Origin: Candidatus Peregrinibacteria bacterium GW2011_GWF2_39_17
GTDB lineage: Bacteria; Patescibacteriota; Gracilibacteria; UBA1369; UBA12473
DNA: 64,000 nt
NCBI GenBank assembly: GCA_000993615.1
Contig: LBWM01000003.1
Span: 16,125-80,124, forward strand
Reading direction: 5' to 3'
Shown here: positions 40,876-51,196 of the stretch, in pieces
Layout of the letters: the number at the start of each line of letters is the position of its first letter
How positions within the stretch are numbered: the first letter of the stretch is position 1
The notes under the pieces: model-generated
Seen by the model: only the letters and a program-made list of their open reading frames with translations
What the model was told of the DNA's origin: nothing
Databases searched by the model: none
Program-made: the position numbers and the translations under genes

Positions 40876-42339
40876 ATGAAAGGTTTTATCATTACTTTAT
40901 TATCTTCAACCTTAATTCTAATTGGGTTGATGTCTGCCACGATAATGAGATCAACGACCTCAACCAATGTCTTAGGCTCCTCATCTACAACCCAACCCTT
41001 TGCATCGGCTCTACCCCTCACCAACACGGAAGATAGCACTTCAACTCAGCCTTCTTATCTTGAAGCAATTAAGAAAGGAGATATTTTTTTCAAAGAGAAT
41101 CATTTCACTTTGGCTACTAACGAGTATCAAAAAGCCTCAATGCTCGAACCAAATTTAGCAGAACCATTTTTCAAACTGGGAAAAGCCTATTTCGCTGATG
41201 AACATTACCAAGAAGCTCTTCAAAGCTTAACCAGCGCTACAAAAAATAATCCGACTGACATTGAGGCTCAAGTTTTATTGGGAAGAACTTTATTAAAATT
41301 AGGACAAATTGAAACTGCTTTTAAGTATTTCGAGCAAATAAATTCTACTACTCCAATTGTCATCTATTATCGAGCGATCATAAATGTTTATCAAAGTAAT
41401 TATGAACAAGCTCGCGCTTATTTCGAATCCTTAACTACTACTGCTAATCAAGATGCTGAAACGACTCGAAAAGCACAAATCTATCTTAATTCCATGGCGG
41501 AATACGCTTCAGCTCAAGATCCAAATCCTAATTATATCCGAACTTTAATGGCGCGAAGTTTTGAAGAAACAGCAGAACATGATCTAGCAAAATCGCTATT
41601 ATATGACGTCCTTAAGGAAGAACCGGATTATCGCGATGCGTGGAAATTATTAGGCTATGCTTATTTGCAAGAAAAGAGCTACACAGAAGCGCAGGAAGCC
41701 CTTTTTAAAGCTGTAACTCTGGACCCAACTAAAGCAGAAACTCGTTATCTTTTGGGCTTAAGTTATTTTGGTTTGCAAGATTTTAAATCCGCGGCGCAGC
41801 AATTTGAACTAGCCTTACAAAGCGGATTCCAACCAGTTACCGAAATTTATCCAAAGCTTGGGGAGGCAGACATAGCCCTTGGAGAATATTTAAAAGCAGC
41901 GGAAGTTTATGAGAAACTACTTTTGATAGATCAAAGTGATTTGAATTGGTTTGTTAAACCGGTTTGGCTTTATATTGAACCTTTATCTAATCCCAAAAAA
42001 GCCCTGGAATGGTCACAAAAAGCCTTAAGTTATTATCCTAATGCAGCCCTGAGTTATAATTTAGTTGGCTGGGCACAAATTGATAATGAGCAATGGGATG
42101 AAGCTGAGAAAAACCTTAATTATGCCATAATCTTGGACCCAAATTTAGCAGCGGCCTATCTTAACTATGCGTTTGTTTTTGAACATAAAAACGACAAAGA
42201 ACAAGCTAAGGAATACTTTAAACGCGCTTACACGCTAGACCCCAACGGCTCCATAGGCAATCTTGGCGCTTCAAACTACAACCGCCTGGTACAAGAAGAT
42301 ACCGAAATTTTTAAAGAAAATCCTCCTAGTAATTCCTAA
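40876..42339 (+). CDS. Membrane-anchored tetratricopeptide (TPR) repeat protein
   Basis: N-terminal TM helix, then more than 8 TPR-like 34-aa units ('A...Y..A..L.P....A...LG'). Confidence 0.75.
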   Translation: MKGFIITLLSSTLILIGLMSATIMRSTTSTNVLGSSSTTQPFASALPLTNTEDSTSTQPSYLEAIKKGDIFFKENHFTLATNEYQKASMLEPNLAEPFFKLGKAYFADEHYQEALQSLTSATKNNPTDIEAQVLLGRTLLKLGQIETAFKYFEQINSTTPIVIYYRAIINVYQSNYEQARAYFESLTTTANQDAETTRKAQIYLNSMAEYASAQDPNPNYIRTLMARSFEETAEHDLAKSLLYDVLKEEPDYRDAWKLLGYAYLQEKSYTEAQEALFKAVTLDPTKAETRYLLGLSYFGLQDFKSAAQQFELALQSGFQPVTEIYPKLGEADIALGEYLKAAEVYEKLLLIDQSDLNWFVKPVWLYIEPLSNPKKALEWSQKALSYYPNAALSYNLVGWAQIDNEQWDEAEKNLNYAIILDPNLAAAYLNYAFVFEHKNDKEQAKEYFKRAYTLDPNGSIGNLGASNYNRLVQEDTEIFKENPPSNS

Positions 42340-42348
42340 CCTTTTTCT

Positions 42349-43101
42349 ATGTTTTTTTTATTTCTTTTCATCCTCGGATTACTGCTAGGCAGCTTTCTTA
42401 GCGTCTTAATTTATCGTTTACACACCGGCGAAACAGGTATTATCCTTGGACGTTCTTTTTGCCCGCACTGCAACCATCGATTAAGTGCAAAAGACCTTGT
42501 TCCATTGATTAGTTATTTGATTCAGGGGGGGAAATGTCGCTATTGTAAAAAGAAAATCCCCTGGCATTATCCTGTGCTGGAACTTTCTACTGGTCTTGTT
42601 TTTGTAACCATGGCACTAAGTGGATTTCAGCCACTAACCCTTTTCCTTTTCTTTAGCCTAGTTCTGGTTTTTATTTTTTTCTATGATTTTCTTTATCTGG
42701 AAATTCCGGATGAAATCATGTTGCCAAGCATTTTTATTGCTCTGGTTTCCACCTTTTATCCTACTACTGTTTCTTTTACCAATGGTTTATTGGGAGCTGT
42801 GATTATTAGCGTATTTTTTTTACTACAAATTCTTATTTCCAAAGGACGATGGCTAGGTGGTGGAGATTTGCGTATCGGTGCTTTTATTGGTTTTATTTTG
42901 GGATGGAAACTAATTCTGGTCGCGCTTTTTATGGCTTACCTAATTGGCGCTATAATTAGTCTGACCTTGATTGCAACCAGGAGACTTAATCGTAAAAGCA
43001 TGATTGCTTTTGGGCCTTTTCTGGTTTTGGGAACATTTATTGCTCTATTTTGGGGAGAAACAATGATTAATTGGTATCTGAATTTAATTTTTATTTATTA
43101 A
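42349..43101 (+). CDS. pilD: Type IV prepilin peptidase (A24 family)
   Basis: Zinc-binding 'CPHCNHRL...CRYCKKKI', multiple TM segments, and catalytic Asp contexts 'FFYDFLYLEIPD' and 'GGGDLRIG'. Confidence 0.88.
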   Translation: MFFLFLFILGLLLGSFLSVLIYRLHTGETGIILGRSFCPHCNHRLSAKDLVPLISYLIQGGKCRYCKKKIPWHYPVLELSTGLVFVTMALSGFQPLTLFLFFSLVLVFIFFYDFLYLEIPDEIMLPSIFIALVSTFYPTTVSFTNGLLGAVIISVFFLLQILISKGRWLGGGDLRIGAFIGFILGWKLILVALFMAYLIGAIISLTLIATRRLNRKSMIAFGPFLVLGTFIALFWGETMINWYLNLIFIY

Positions 43102-43153
43102 GTTTTTGATAAAAAAAGTCACTACTAATTGCTTAGTAATGAAAAATCTGACT

Positions 43154-44767
43154 ATGAAATCTAAAAATACACGCACCCTACTTATTATCATGGATGGCTT
43201 TGGGAAGGGAAAATCTGGGACTGGTAATGCTATTGAATTAGCCAAAATGCAATATTGGCAACGCTTACTTAAGCGTTATCCAAGTTGCCTTTTAAAGGCT
43301 TCAGGAAATGCCGTTGGCTTGCCAAAAGGTTATCAAGGCAATTCGGAAGTTGGCCATTTTACGATTGGCGCAGGGCGCATTACTTGGCAATCACTTGAGG
43401 AGATTGACCGCTCCATTAAAAATAAAAGTTTTTTCCAAAAAAAAATGTTTATCAAGGCCTGCCAGCGAGTTAGAATCGCGAATCAAAAAGGTGAAAAAAG
43501 AGCCTTACACCTTCTTGGCATGATTTCTGATGAAGGGGTGCATGCGCATCTGAATCACCTTTTTGCCTTGATAGAATTAGCAAAAAAGGAAAAAGCTTTC
43601 CCGATTTATATTCACGCAATTTTAGATGGAAGGGATGTTCCGGAAAGAAGCGCACCCATTTATCTTCAAAAAATTCAAAACAAAATTAAGCAACTTGAGC
43701 TTGAGGAGGCTTGTGCCTATAAAGGGCATCCCCAAAAAGCACAAATTGGCACTATAATCGGGCGTTATTATGCTATGGATCGAGACACAAACTGGGATCG
43801 AACCCAAGTAGCCTATGATTTAATGGTTCACGGCAAAGGTATTATGGGAAAAAACCCGCTTTCTGCCATAAAAAATGCCTATAAAAACGGGGCAAAAACT
43901 GATTATTATGTGGAACCGATTATTTTAAATAGCTCGGGATTAATCAAAAAACAGGATTCTGTAATTTTCTTTAATTATCGAACTGACCGTGCCCAGCAAC
44001 TAACGGATGCATTTGTGAACAAAAAATTTGATCATTTTAAAACCAATCATCAGCCGATTTATTTTGCAGCCATGGGGCCTTATACTACCCTCGCACCAGT
44101 AGCCTTTCCTACTCCGATTATTAAAAAAAATCTTGGTGAAATTTTAGCGCAAAATCAGGTAACACAAATAAGAATGGCCGAAACTGAAAAATACGCTCAC
44201 GTTACTTTCTTTTTTAATAGCCAGAAACATGACTCAAATCCGCTAGAAAAACGCCTCATGGTTCATTCTCCAAAATGTCCTTCTTATGCTGAAAAACCGG
44301 AAATGAGCGCGCGGGAGCTAACTGCTAAAGCGATTTTAGAACTTAAGCGTAAAAAATATGGCTTTGCGGCTCTTAATTATGCGAATGCGGATTTAGTGGG
44401 GCACTCCGGAAATTTAAAGGCAGCTATTCAATGTTGTAAAGTGCTAGATGAATGTTTGGCTAAAATTGTTCCTGCAGCTTTAGAAAGTGGGTATGCGATT
44501 TTACTAGTTTCTGATCATGGCAACGTGGAACAAATGAAATACCCAGATGGCAGTCCTTGCCCATCCCACACCACTAATCCGGTTTTGGCTGTACTAATTT
44601 CAAGGGATGCTTCGTCATATAAACTAAAAAAGGGAGGTGGATTGCAGGATATTGCTCCAACAATTTTACAGTTACTAGGTATTTCGAAGCCAAAAGTAAT
44701 GACTGGAGAAAGTTTATTGAAAATGATTCCCTCCCACCCGGGGGGCCACCGTCCAACCTTAGCCTAG
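43154..44767 (+). CDS. gpmI: 2,3-bisphosphoglycerate-independent phosphoglycerate mutase
   Basis: 'LLIIMDGFG', 'GNSEVGH', 'LDGRDV', 'ETEKYAHVTFFFN', 'NYANADLVGHSG' and 'SDHGN'. The ATG at 43154 (MKSKNTRT) fits family N-termini. The ORF opens at 43106 with TTG. Confidence 0.9.
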   Translation: MKSKNTRTLLIIMDGFGKGKSGTGNAIELAKMQYWQRLLKRYPSCLLKASGNAVGLPKGYQGNSEVGHFTIGAGRITWQSLEEIDRSIKNKSFFQKKMFIKACQRVRIANQKGEKRALHLLGMISDEGVHAHLNHLFALIELAKKEKAFPIYIHAILDGRDVPERSAPIYLQKIQNKIKQLELEEACAYKGHPQKAQIGTIIGRYYAMDRDTNWDRTQVAYDLMVHGKGIMGKNPLSAIKNAYKNGAKTDYYVEPIILNSSGLIKKQDSVIFFNYRTDRAQQLTDAFVNKKFDHFKTNHQPIYFAAMGPYTTLAPVAFPTPIIKKNLGEILAQNQVTQIRMAETEKYAHVTFFFNSQKHDSNPLEKRLMVHSPKCPSYAEKPEMSARELTAKAILELKRKKYGFAALNYANADLVGHSGNLKAAIQCCKVLDECLAKIVPAALESGYAILLVSDHGNVEQMKYPDGSPCPSHTTNPVLAVLISRDASSYKLKKGGGLQDIAPTILQLLGISKPKVMTGESLLKMIPSHPGGHRPTLA

Positions 44768-44860
44768 CATATTTGACATGAAAAAAATCTTTCGGAAAAA
44801 TTAAAAATTATTAAAAATAAAAATTCTAATTGCAGTGATCCTAATTTTAATTCTATCCCC

Positions 44861-45946
44861 ATGAAAGCAGTAATCCTGGCTGGCGGCACCGGCACTCGTC
44901 TTTGGCCGCTTAGTCGCCTCAAAAAACCAAAGCAATTTCAGAAATTTACCTCAAATAAAACTCTTTTTCAGGAAACCGTAGCGCGTCTTTCTTTTTTAAA
45001 ACCAAAAGATATTTATGTGGCCACTAATCAGGCTTTTTTGAATTATGTCCAAACTCAAGCCCCACAAATCCCCAACGAAAATATAATTATTGAGCCGGCT
45101 TTGCGCGACACAGCTTCCTGCATTGGCTTGGCAGCAGCAGTTATTGCCAAGCAATTTCCAAATGAAGTAATGGCCGTGATTTACGCTGATCACTTAATTA
45201 AAAATAAAAAAGAATTTGCCAAAAAACTCAAAATTGCCGAGCAAGTGGCGAAGGAGGACGAAACCTTAAATATTATTGAGGTTAAGGCTAAATTTCCAAA
45301 CATCAACCTAGGATATGTAAAAATCGGAAAAATGCTAAAAACCATTAAGGAAGTGGATATTTTTTCCTTTGAAAAATTCATTGAAAAGCCGGATTTAAAG
45401 ACAGCCCAAAAATTTTTACAATCCTATAAATATTTGTGGAATACCGGGTATTACGTATGGAAGGTGTCAACTATTTTGGAAGCTTACCAGGCTCATCTAC
45501 CGGAGACCTATCGTCACCTAATGGCAATCCAGGAAAAGCTGGGGACAACTCAGGAAAAAGCGACCCTAAAACAAGAATATCCACTTTGTGAAAAGATTTC
45601 CATTGACTATGGAATTATGGAAAAGGTGGATCCCAAAATAGTACGTATTATTCCTGCGGATTTGGGCTGGAGCGACATTGGGACTTGGCGATCTTTACAT
45701 CAGGAACTAGTTAAAAACCCAACCGCTAATTTTGTTAATGGCGAATTTCTAGCCAAAGAAACCCATGGATCGGTTCTTTACAACACGGAAAAAGAAAAAA
45801 TGATTGCGGTGGTGGGCATGGAAAATGTCGCGGTCGTAAACACGAAAGATGCGATACTGATTTGTAATTTGGCTAAAGATTGCTCCCCGCAGATTAAAAA
45901 GGTGGTGGAAATTTTAAAAACGGAAGGGAGGGAAGATTTACTTTAG
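44861..45946 (+). CDS. Mannose-1-phosphate guanylyltransferase (NTP-transferase domain only)
   Basis: 'MKAVILAGGTGTRLWPLSR...KQF', 'EPALRDTA' and 'DLGWSDIGTW'. Confidence 0.85.
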   Translation: MKAVILAGGTGTRLWPLSRLKKPKQFQKFTSNKTLFQETVARLSFLKPKDIYVATNQAFLNYVQTQAPQIPNENIIIEPALRDTASCIGLAAAVIAKQFPNEVMAVIYADHLIKNKKEFAKKLKIAEQVAKEDETLNIIEVKAKFPNINLGYVKIGKMLKTIKEVDIFSFEKFIEKPDLKTAQKFLQSYKYLWNTGYYVWKVSTILEAYQAHLPETYRHLMAIQEKLGTTQEKATLKQEYPLCEKISIDYGIMEKVDPKIVRIIPADLGWSDIGTWRSLHQELVKNPTANFVNGEFLAKETHGSVLYNTEKEKMIAVVGMENVAVVNTKDAILICNLAKDCSPQIKKVVEILKTEGREDLL

Positions 45947-45964
45947 CGGCTAAATTCTGCTTTT

Positions 45965-46669
45965 TTACTTAATTTCAATCATCTTTGCCCCATATCTCTT
46001 CAAAAGAGCCTCGACACGAGGAGTTTTTAGTGGAGGTTCAGGTTCATTCTGACGGCCTTTTTTAGCTATATCTGCTGCTTCTCTAGGCGAAATTTTACCA
46101 TTAAAAACGTCCTGTAAAATAATTGCCCTGTCCTGAATAATGTTATTTATGGCATCTCTTGTCGCAATAGCCAGGGGAGTAACACTTGACTGACGTAAGG
46201 AAAATTCAGCAGGCAAAATATTAGGAGTAACATTAGTTGGAAATTCTATCTGATTGCTGACGGGGGGAATAGAATCTGGATCTCTACTTTTCTCATGACC
46301 ATCTGGATAATAATAATCCATTCTACATAAACTGATTCCGAAATAACCCATCACATCATGGAAACGAGAACTTCCTTTTAATATTTGGCTAATTTCTCCG
46401 GTAAACGAACTGTCCATTGCCATTTTTAAGACTAACACGTTTGTATCTACATCATAACGATTTATGCCAACTTTAGCAGTAAAATATTCATCCTCCCCTG
46501 TAAATTGAGCAGATATAGTACCACTTCCTGCTCTAAAACTTGCGCTAAAACCGATAATAAAATCAATTAACCTGGAAACATTTCTTCCCATTTTGTGGTC
46601 TATTTCCGGAAGAAAAGCTTGATCACTAGAACGAATAGGTAGTAATTCCTCTTCTTGTAATTTTTTCAT
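45965..46669 (-). CDS. Hypothetical protein, distant paralog of the next gene
   Basis: 234-aa ORF. It shares the colinear strings 'IDFIIGF', '...GEISQIL...' and 'ILPAEFSLRQSSVTPL' with the 248-aa neighbour ('VDWVVGI', 'SEIPSAL', 'NLPPVYALRQSCNPL'). Confidence 0.5.
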   Translation of the reverse strand: MKKLQEEELLPIRSSDQAFLPEIDHKMGRNVSRLIDFIIGFSASFRAGSGTISAQFTGEDEYFTAKVGINRYDVDTNVLVLKMAMDSSFTGEISQILKGSSRFHDVMGYFGISLCRMDYYYPDGHEKSRDPDSIPPVSNQIEFPTNVTPNILPAEFSLRQSSVTPLAIATRDAINNIIQDRAIILQDVFNGKISPREAADIAKKGRQNEPEPPLKTPRVEALLKRYGAKMIEIK

Positions 46670-46686
46670 AGTGGATAATTAAAGAA

Positions 46687-47433
46687 TTAAATCAAGAAAT
46701 ATTTTGTTTTTTTTCTTTCATATGTGCCGCCACTTATCCGAGATACCCAATTGAAGACTTTATCACTAAGACTACGACGATATCCTCTCATTTCAAAAAG
46801 ATCATCAACTCTGCTAGAACTGATTGGCACTCCATATCCGTCCGGTAGTCGATCATTTTCATCTTTTTGCCCTGGGTCGGTGCTTTTTAAAAAAGCACAA
46901 ACTGTCCCCGCTGTTTCCGCTTCATCGCTCTCACCTAGCAAGGGATTACAAGATTGGCGTAAGGCATATACTGGCGGAAGATTTGCCTGATTAATAGGAA
47001 ACCCCGTGTTTACAACTTCCGCCTCACCACTATCATTAAGTGTATTGGAAATAAACCGAATAAATTCAAATTTTCCGTGATGAGCCAAAATGGACTGCAG
47101 GCGTTGACTATTTTGAAAAGCGATATAAAGAGCACTGGGGATTTCACTAGATAATTCTAAGGTAAAACATATTTCCTTTGCGTCGATATCAAACGAAAGC
47201 GCTACCCCAGGAAATTGTTCATTTATTATCTGTTCGCTGGGGACATAACCAGCATTAACCATTCCACAGATTCCAACAACCCAATCAACTATAGCGGCAC
47301 CTTCTGCTGCTAATTTTTCCCTAGAACTATGCCCGCTATGAGTTTGCGCCATCAATGCCCTTGTGTAAATGCCCTGGTTATTACCTACTTCCTGCTCATC
47401 ATGACGAAGGCTAATAGCCTCTGAGTTTCCCAT
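46687..47433 (-). CDS. Hypothetical protein, distant paralog of the previous gene
   Basis: 248-aa ORF, 17 nt upstream of its paralog on the same strand. No motif recognised. Confidence 0.5.
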   Translation of the reverse strand: MGNSEAISLRHDEQEVGNNQGIYTRALMAQTHSGHSSREKLAAEGAAIVDWVVGICGMVNAGYVPSEQIINEQFPGVALSFDIDAKEICFTLELSSEIPSALYIAFQNSQRLQSILAHHGKFEFIRFISNTLNDSGEAEVVNTGFPINQANLPPVYALRQSCNPLLGESDEAETAGTVCAFLKSTDPGQKDENDRLPDGYGVPISSSRVDDLFEMRGYRRSLSDKVFNWVSRISGGTYERKKTKYFLI

Positions 47434-47573
47434 AAAAAAGAGATTTAAAAATTAAAAAAAACTCAAATTTAAAATCAAGAAGTTTTTACTTTACAAATAT
47501 TTTTTAATAATGTCAATGTTATTCCTTGGCTGCTTTCTGGGAAATTGCCTGATTTTCCGCTAAATTATGAGCC

Positions 47574-47978
47574 ATGCACGATCTTCAAATCAAACTTAAA
47601 CCTTGGGGGCGAGAAATCTGGTTTGCCCATACCCCAAAATATGCTGGTAAAATTTTAGAGGTAAAAAAAGGACATCGACTTTCATTGCAATTTCATGAAC
47701 AGAAGGAAGAAACTCAGTATCTTTATTCCGGGAGCGTTAAATTTACAATTGGTCATGACGAGCAACATTTGGAGGAACGCATCTTAAAGCCAGGGCAAAA
47801 GGTGGATATTCAACCCGGGATGATTCATCGAATAGAAGCCTTAGAAGACGCTCAAATTTTCGAAGTTTCCACTCCAGAGCTGGATGATGTGATAAAATTA
47901 GCAGATGATTACGGAAGGAGCGGCAAGGGGAATGACGAAAACCTTGATCAAACCCTAGCTAACGAGCTAAAGTCCTAA
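47574..47978 (+). CDS. Cupin-domain protein, type II phosphomannose isomerase-like
   Basis: 'KPWGREIWFA...GHRLSLQFHEQKEETQYL..G....I........GQKVDIQPGMIHRIEA...IFEVSTPELDDVIKLADDYGR' matches the C-terminal cupin of bifunctional ManC/PMI. Confidence 0.75.
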   Translation: MHDLQIKLKPWGREIWFAHTPKYAGKILEVKKGHRLSLQFHEQKEETQYLYSGSVKFTIGHDEQHLEERILKPGQKVDIQPGMIHRIEALEDAQIFEVSTPELDDVIKLADDYGRSGKGNDENLDQTLANELKS

Positions 47979-48022
47979 TACTTAAATTTTTATTTTTCGC
48001 TATCCTTAATAAATTTTTGTTT

Positions 48023-51000
48023 ATGAAAAAACGTCTTCTGACTCAACTGGTGCTTATTGGCCTTTTAACCTTAACTTTTGGCTATTTCAGCCTTCCTTAT
48101 GACCAGCAAAAAAGCTTGTTTCCGTTTACTCCGGAAAGCCTGGCTCAACAAAAAATCAACCTTGGCCTTGATCTGCAAGGGGGTAGCCAACTTGATTACA
48201 AAATCGACTTAAGGAGAGTTGACTCAAAAGACCAAGAACAAATTATTGAGGGGGTTTTAGAAGTCATTAATAAGCGTGTAAACGGGCTAGGAGTAGCGGA
48301 ACCAAATATTTATCGCTCAAAAGTTGGCGATGAGGAGCATATTGTGGTGGAATTAGCCGGGATTAAAGATTTGGAAGAAGCTAAGGCCACAGTGGGTAAA
48401 ACCATCCAACTGGAATTCAAAGAGGAAAATCACGACCCTATGACTGCCGACATGGTAAATACTATTAAGAGAAATGCACAAAACACTTTGGACAGGATCT
48501 TAGATGGTGAAGATTTCTCATCCGTAGCTGAAGAAGAAAGCCTGGCTAACCCCAGCCAAGTACAACATTTTGCAATAAGCGAAGGTGAGGACAATTACTC
48601 CTTTAAAAGCACTCTTCCAACTGAATATTTCCCAGCCTTGGACGAACTTGAATTAGGAACCGTAATCCCGAATGTGATTCAAACTACTGATGGTTATACT
48701 TTCGATGAAACTGGTAATTTGGCTCCATTGGAAGGTTTTTTCTTGGTAAAGCTTTATGACCGCAAAGAAGGCGAAAAGGATGTCCATGAAGATAAAGAGG
48801 TTAAAGCCAGCCATGTTCTGATTGCTTACCAGGGTTCCTCAAAAGCAGATGAGAGTATCACTCGTACCAAAGAAGAAGCGCAGGCTTTAACAGAAGAAAT
48901 TCACCAAAAAGCCTTAAACGGAGAAGATTTTGGAGAATTGGCCATCCAATATTCTGATGAACCTGGGGCTAAAGACACCAGCGGTGATTTAGGCTTTTTT
49001 AAACCAGGGGTAATGAGTAAACCATTTGAAGATGCGGCCTTTGCCCTTGAGAAAGGTCAAATTTCTGATGTGGTAGAAACTGAATTTGGCTTTCATGTTA
49101 TTAAGGTAACAGATATCACCCCGGCTAAAGATGAAAAAGTAAAAGAGATGGAATATCGTCTGGAAAAATTATTTTTCTCCACAGCCCCTGACCCCTGGAA
49201 GCAAACTGAACTTACCGGAGAATATTTTAAACACGCGGATGTTGCGTTTACCCAAACTTATAGCCCTTATGTAGCCATTGAATTTACAACCGAAGGAGGG
49301 AAATTATTTGAGCAACTGACGGAACGCAATGTCAATAAGCGATTAGCAATTTTTGTAGGGGGGCAGCTTATTTCCGCTCCTAATGTAAATGAGAAAATTT
49401 CAGGGGGAAGAGCGCAAATTACGGGTAATTTTAGCGTTGAAGACGCCACTAATTTAGCGCGAGATCTTAATACTGGGGCTATCCCTGCACCCATTGTTTT
49501 AGTGGGACAATATACCATTGGCGCTTCCCTTGGGCATGATGCTTTAAATAGTAGTGTAAAGGCTGGCATCGTGGGGCTGATTATTTTGGCGCTTTTCATG
49601 ATTGTTTATTATCGATTCCTTGGATTTTTAGCTAACATTGCCCTTCTTATTTACGCCCTGGCACTCATTTTCTTTATTAAAATCGCCTTGCCTTTGTGGC
49701 TGGCCTTAATTATTGGCTTAGTGATTTTTGGATTTTTGGTTTCCGCAATTCTGCGCTCTAAAGATTCTGGGTGGGAAAAATTCATTTCCTTTGCAGTAGC
49801 TTGTTTTGTTCTATTTTTCATTACCTTTGTCCTAGCCACTCCGATTGTTCTGACTTTGGCGGGCGTGGCTGGAGTTGTTCTTTCAATTGGAATGGCCGTG
49901 GATGCCAATATTTTGATTTTTGAACGAATTCGCGAGGAATTAAGAAATAAACGTCCGCTTTCTGGCGCTATTGAAATTGGTTTTGAAAGAGCGTGGAGTT
50001 CGATTCGTGATTCAAATTTTTCCTCACTTATTACTACCGCAATTCTTATTTATTTTGGAACTTCAATTATTAAGGGGTTTGCCATGAACCTTGCTCTTGG
50101 TATTTTGATTTCCATGTTTACGGCCATTACCATTACCCGCACTTTCCTACGCCTAATGGTTGGAACTTCCTTGGCAAACAATCAATTCCTACTTGGTGTT
50201 CCCAAAACACCTCATCCAGCTTTACGTATTGTCCAAAATAGAAAAATTTGGTTTGGCTTCTCCGGGATTTTGATAATTATTGCCTTAATTGCCTTACCTT
50301 TGAATGGCCTAAAATTTGGTCTCGATTTTACAGGTGGCACTTTAATGGAAATTCAATTTAACCAACCAGTAGAAACTAAGGACGTAACTGATACGTTAAA
50401 AGAGGTTGAAAATAAGCTTTTAACCTCACAGGTGACACAACAGCAACCACTAGATATTAGCCCTGAAGATGAGACTATTTTGATTAATTTTGGGGAACCA
50501 ATAGTGGTATCTAGTGGTGAAAATTCCGTTATAGTTCGCCTTAAGCACATTTCGAACGAAACTCATGACGCAATTTCAGCGGCCTTCACGGAAAAATTTG
50601 GGACATTTGAAGAAACGCGCTACACCACCATTGGGCCCACAATTGGCCAAACGATGAAAACAAAAGCCGTGATTGCCCTAGGTATGGCTTTGCTTATGAT
50701 GGTTGTTTATATCGCCTTTGCCTTTAGAAAGGTGCCGCGAGAATTGAACCCTTGGCGCTTTGGTTTGACAGCCATTGCAGCTTTGGCGCATGATCTGACC
50801 ATTACTGTTGGCGTGTTTGTAATCCTGGGTAAAGTATTTGGGGTGGAAATCGATGCTCTTTTCATTACCGCCTTACTGACAATTTTGGGTTTTTCAGTTC
50901 ACGATACAATCGTTGTTTTTGACCGTATTCGTGAAAATCTAAAATTACAGCAAAAAGGCGAAACCTTTGAGGAAGTAGCAAATCGCGCGGTAAATGAAAC

Positions 51001-51196
51001 CTTAGCGCGCTCCATTAATACCTCAGCTTCTACTTTATTTACCATTTTGGCTCTATTTGCTTTAGGGGCCGGATCAATCCATTATTTCCTATTAGCCTTA
51101 ATTGTGGGACTCGTTTCCGGGACTTATTCATCTATCTTCACGGCTACTCCCCTTCTGGTAGCCTGGGATAAATGGAAGCCAAAAAAGGGAAATTAG
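48023..51196 (+). CDS. secDF: SecD-SecF fusion protein carrying an inserted parvulin-type peptidyl-prolyl isomerase domain
   Basis: SecD head 'LGLDLQGGSQL', 'RVNGLGVAEPNI' and 'GKTIQLEF'. PpiC domain 'ASHVLIAY...GEDFGELAIQYSDEPGAKDTSGDLGFFKPGVMSKPFEDAAFAL..GQISDVVETEFGFHVIKV' (~48800-49117). Two 6-TM blocks carry 'GMAVDANILIFERIREE' and 'GFSVHDTIVVFDRIREN'. Confidence 0.88.
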   Translation: MKKRLLTQLVLIGLLTLTFGYFSLPYDQQKSLFPFTPESLAQQKINLGLDLQGGSQLDYKIDLRRVDSKDQEQIIEGVLEVINKRVNGLGVAEPNIYRSKVGDEEHIVVELAGIKDLEEAKATVGKTIQLEFKEENHDPMTADMVNTIKRNAQNTLDRILDGEDFSSVAEEESLANPSQVQHFAISEGEDNYSFKSTLPTEYFPALDELELGTVIPNVIQTTDGYTFDETGNLAPLEGFFLVKLYDRKEGEKDVHEDKEVKASHVLIAYQGSSKADESITRTKEEAQALTEEIHQKALNGEDFGELAIQYSDEPGAKDTSGDLGFFKPGVMSKPFEDAAFALEKGQISDVVETEFGFHVIKVTDITPAKDEKVKEMEYRLEKLFFSTAPDPWKQTELTGEYFKHADVAFTQTYSPYVAIEFTTEGGKLFEQLTERNVNKRLAIFVGGQLISAPNVNEKISGGRAQITGNFSVEDATNLARDLNTGAIPAPIVLVGQYTIGASLGHDALNSSVKAGIVGLIILALFMIVYYRFLGFLANIALLIYALALIFFIKIALPLWLALIIGLVIFGFLVSAILRSKDSGWEKFISFAVACFVLFFITFVLATPIVLTLAGVAGVVLSIGMAVDANILIFERIREELRNKRPLSGAIEIGFERAWSSIRDSNFSSLITTAILIYFGTSIIKGFAMNLALGILISMFTAITITRTFLRLMVGTSLANNQFLLGVPKTPHPALRIVQNRKIWFGFSGILIIIALIALPLNGLKFGLDFTGGTLMEIQFNQPVETKDVTDTLKEVENKLLTSQVTQQQPLDISPEDETILINFGEPIVVSSGENSVIVRLKHISNETHDAISAAFTEKFGTFEETRYTTIGPTIGQTMKTKAVIALGMALLMMVVYIAFAFRKVPRELNPWRFGLTAIAALAHDLTITVGVFVILGKVFGVEIDALFITALLTILGFSVHDTIVVFDRIRENLKLQQKGETFEEVANRAVNETLARSINTSASTLFTILALFALGAGSIHYFLLALIVGLVSGTYSSIFTATPLLVAWDKWKPKKGN

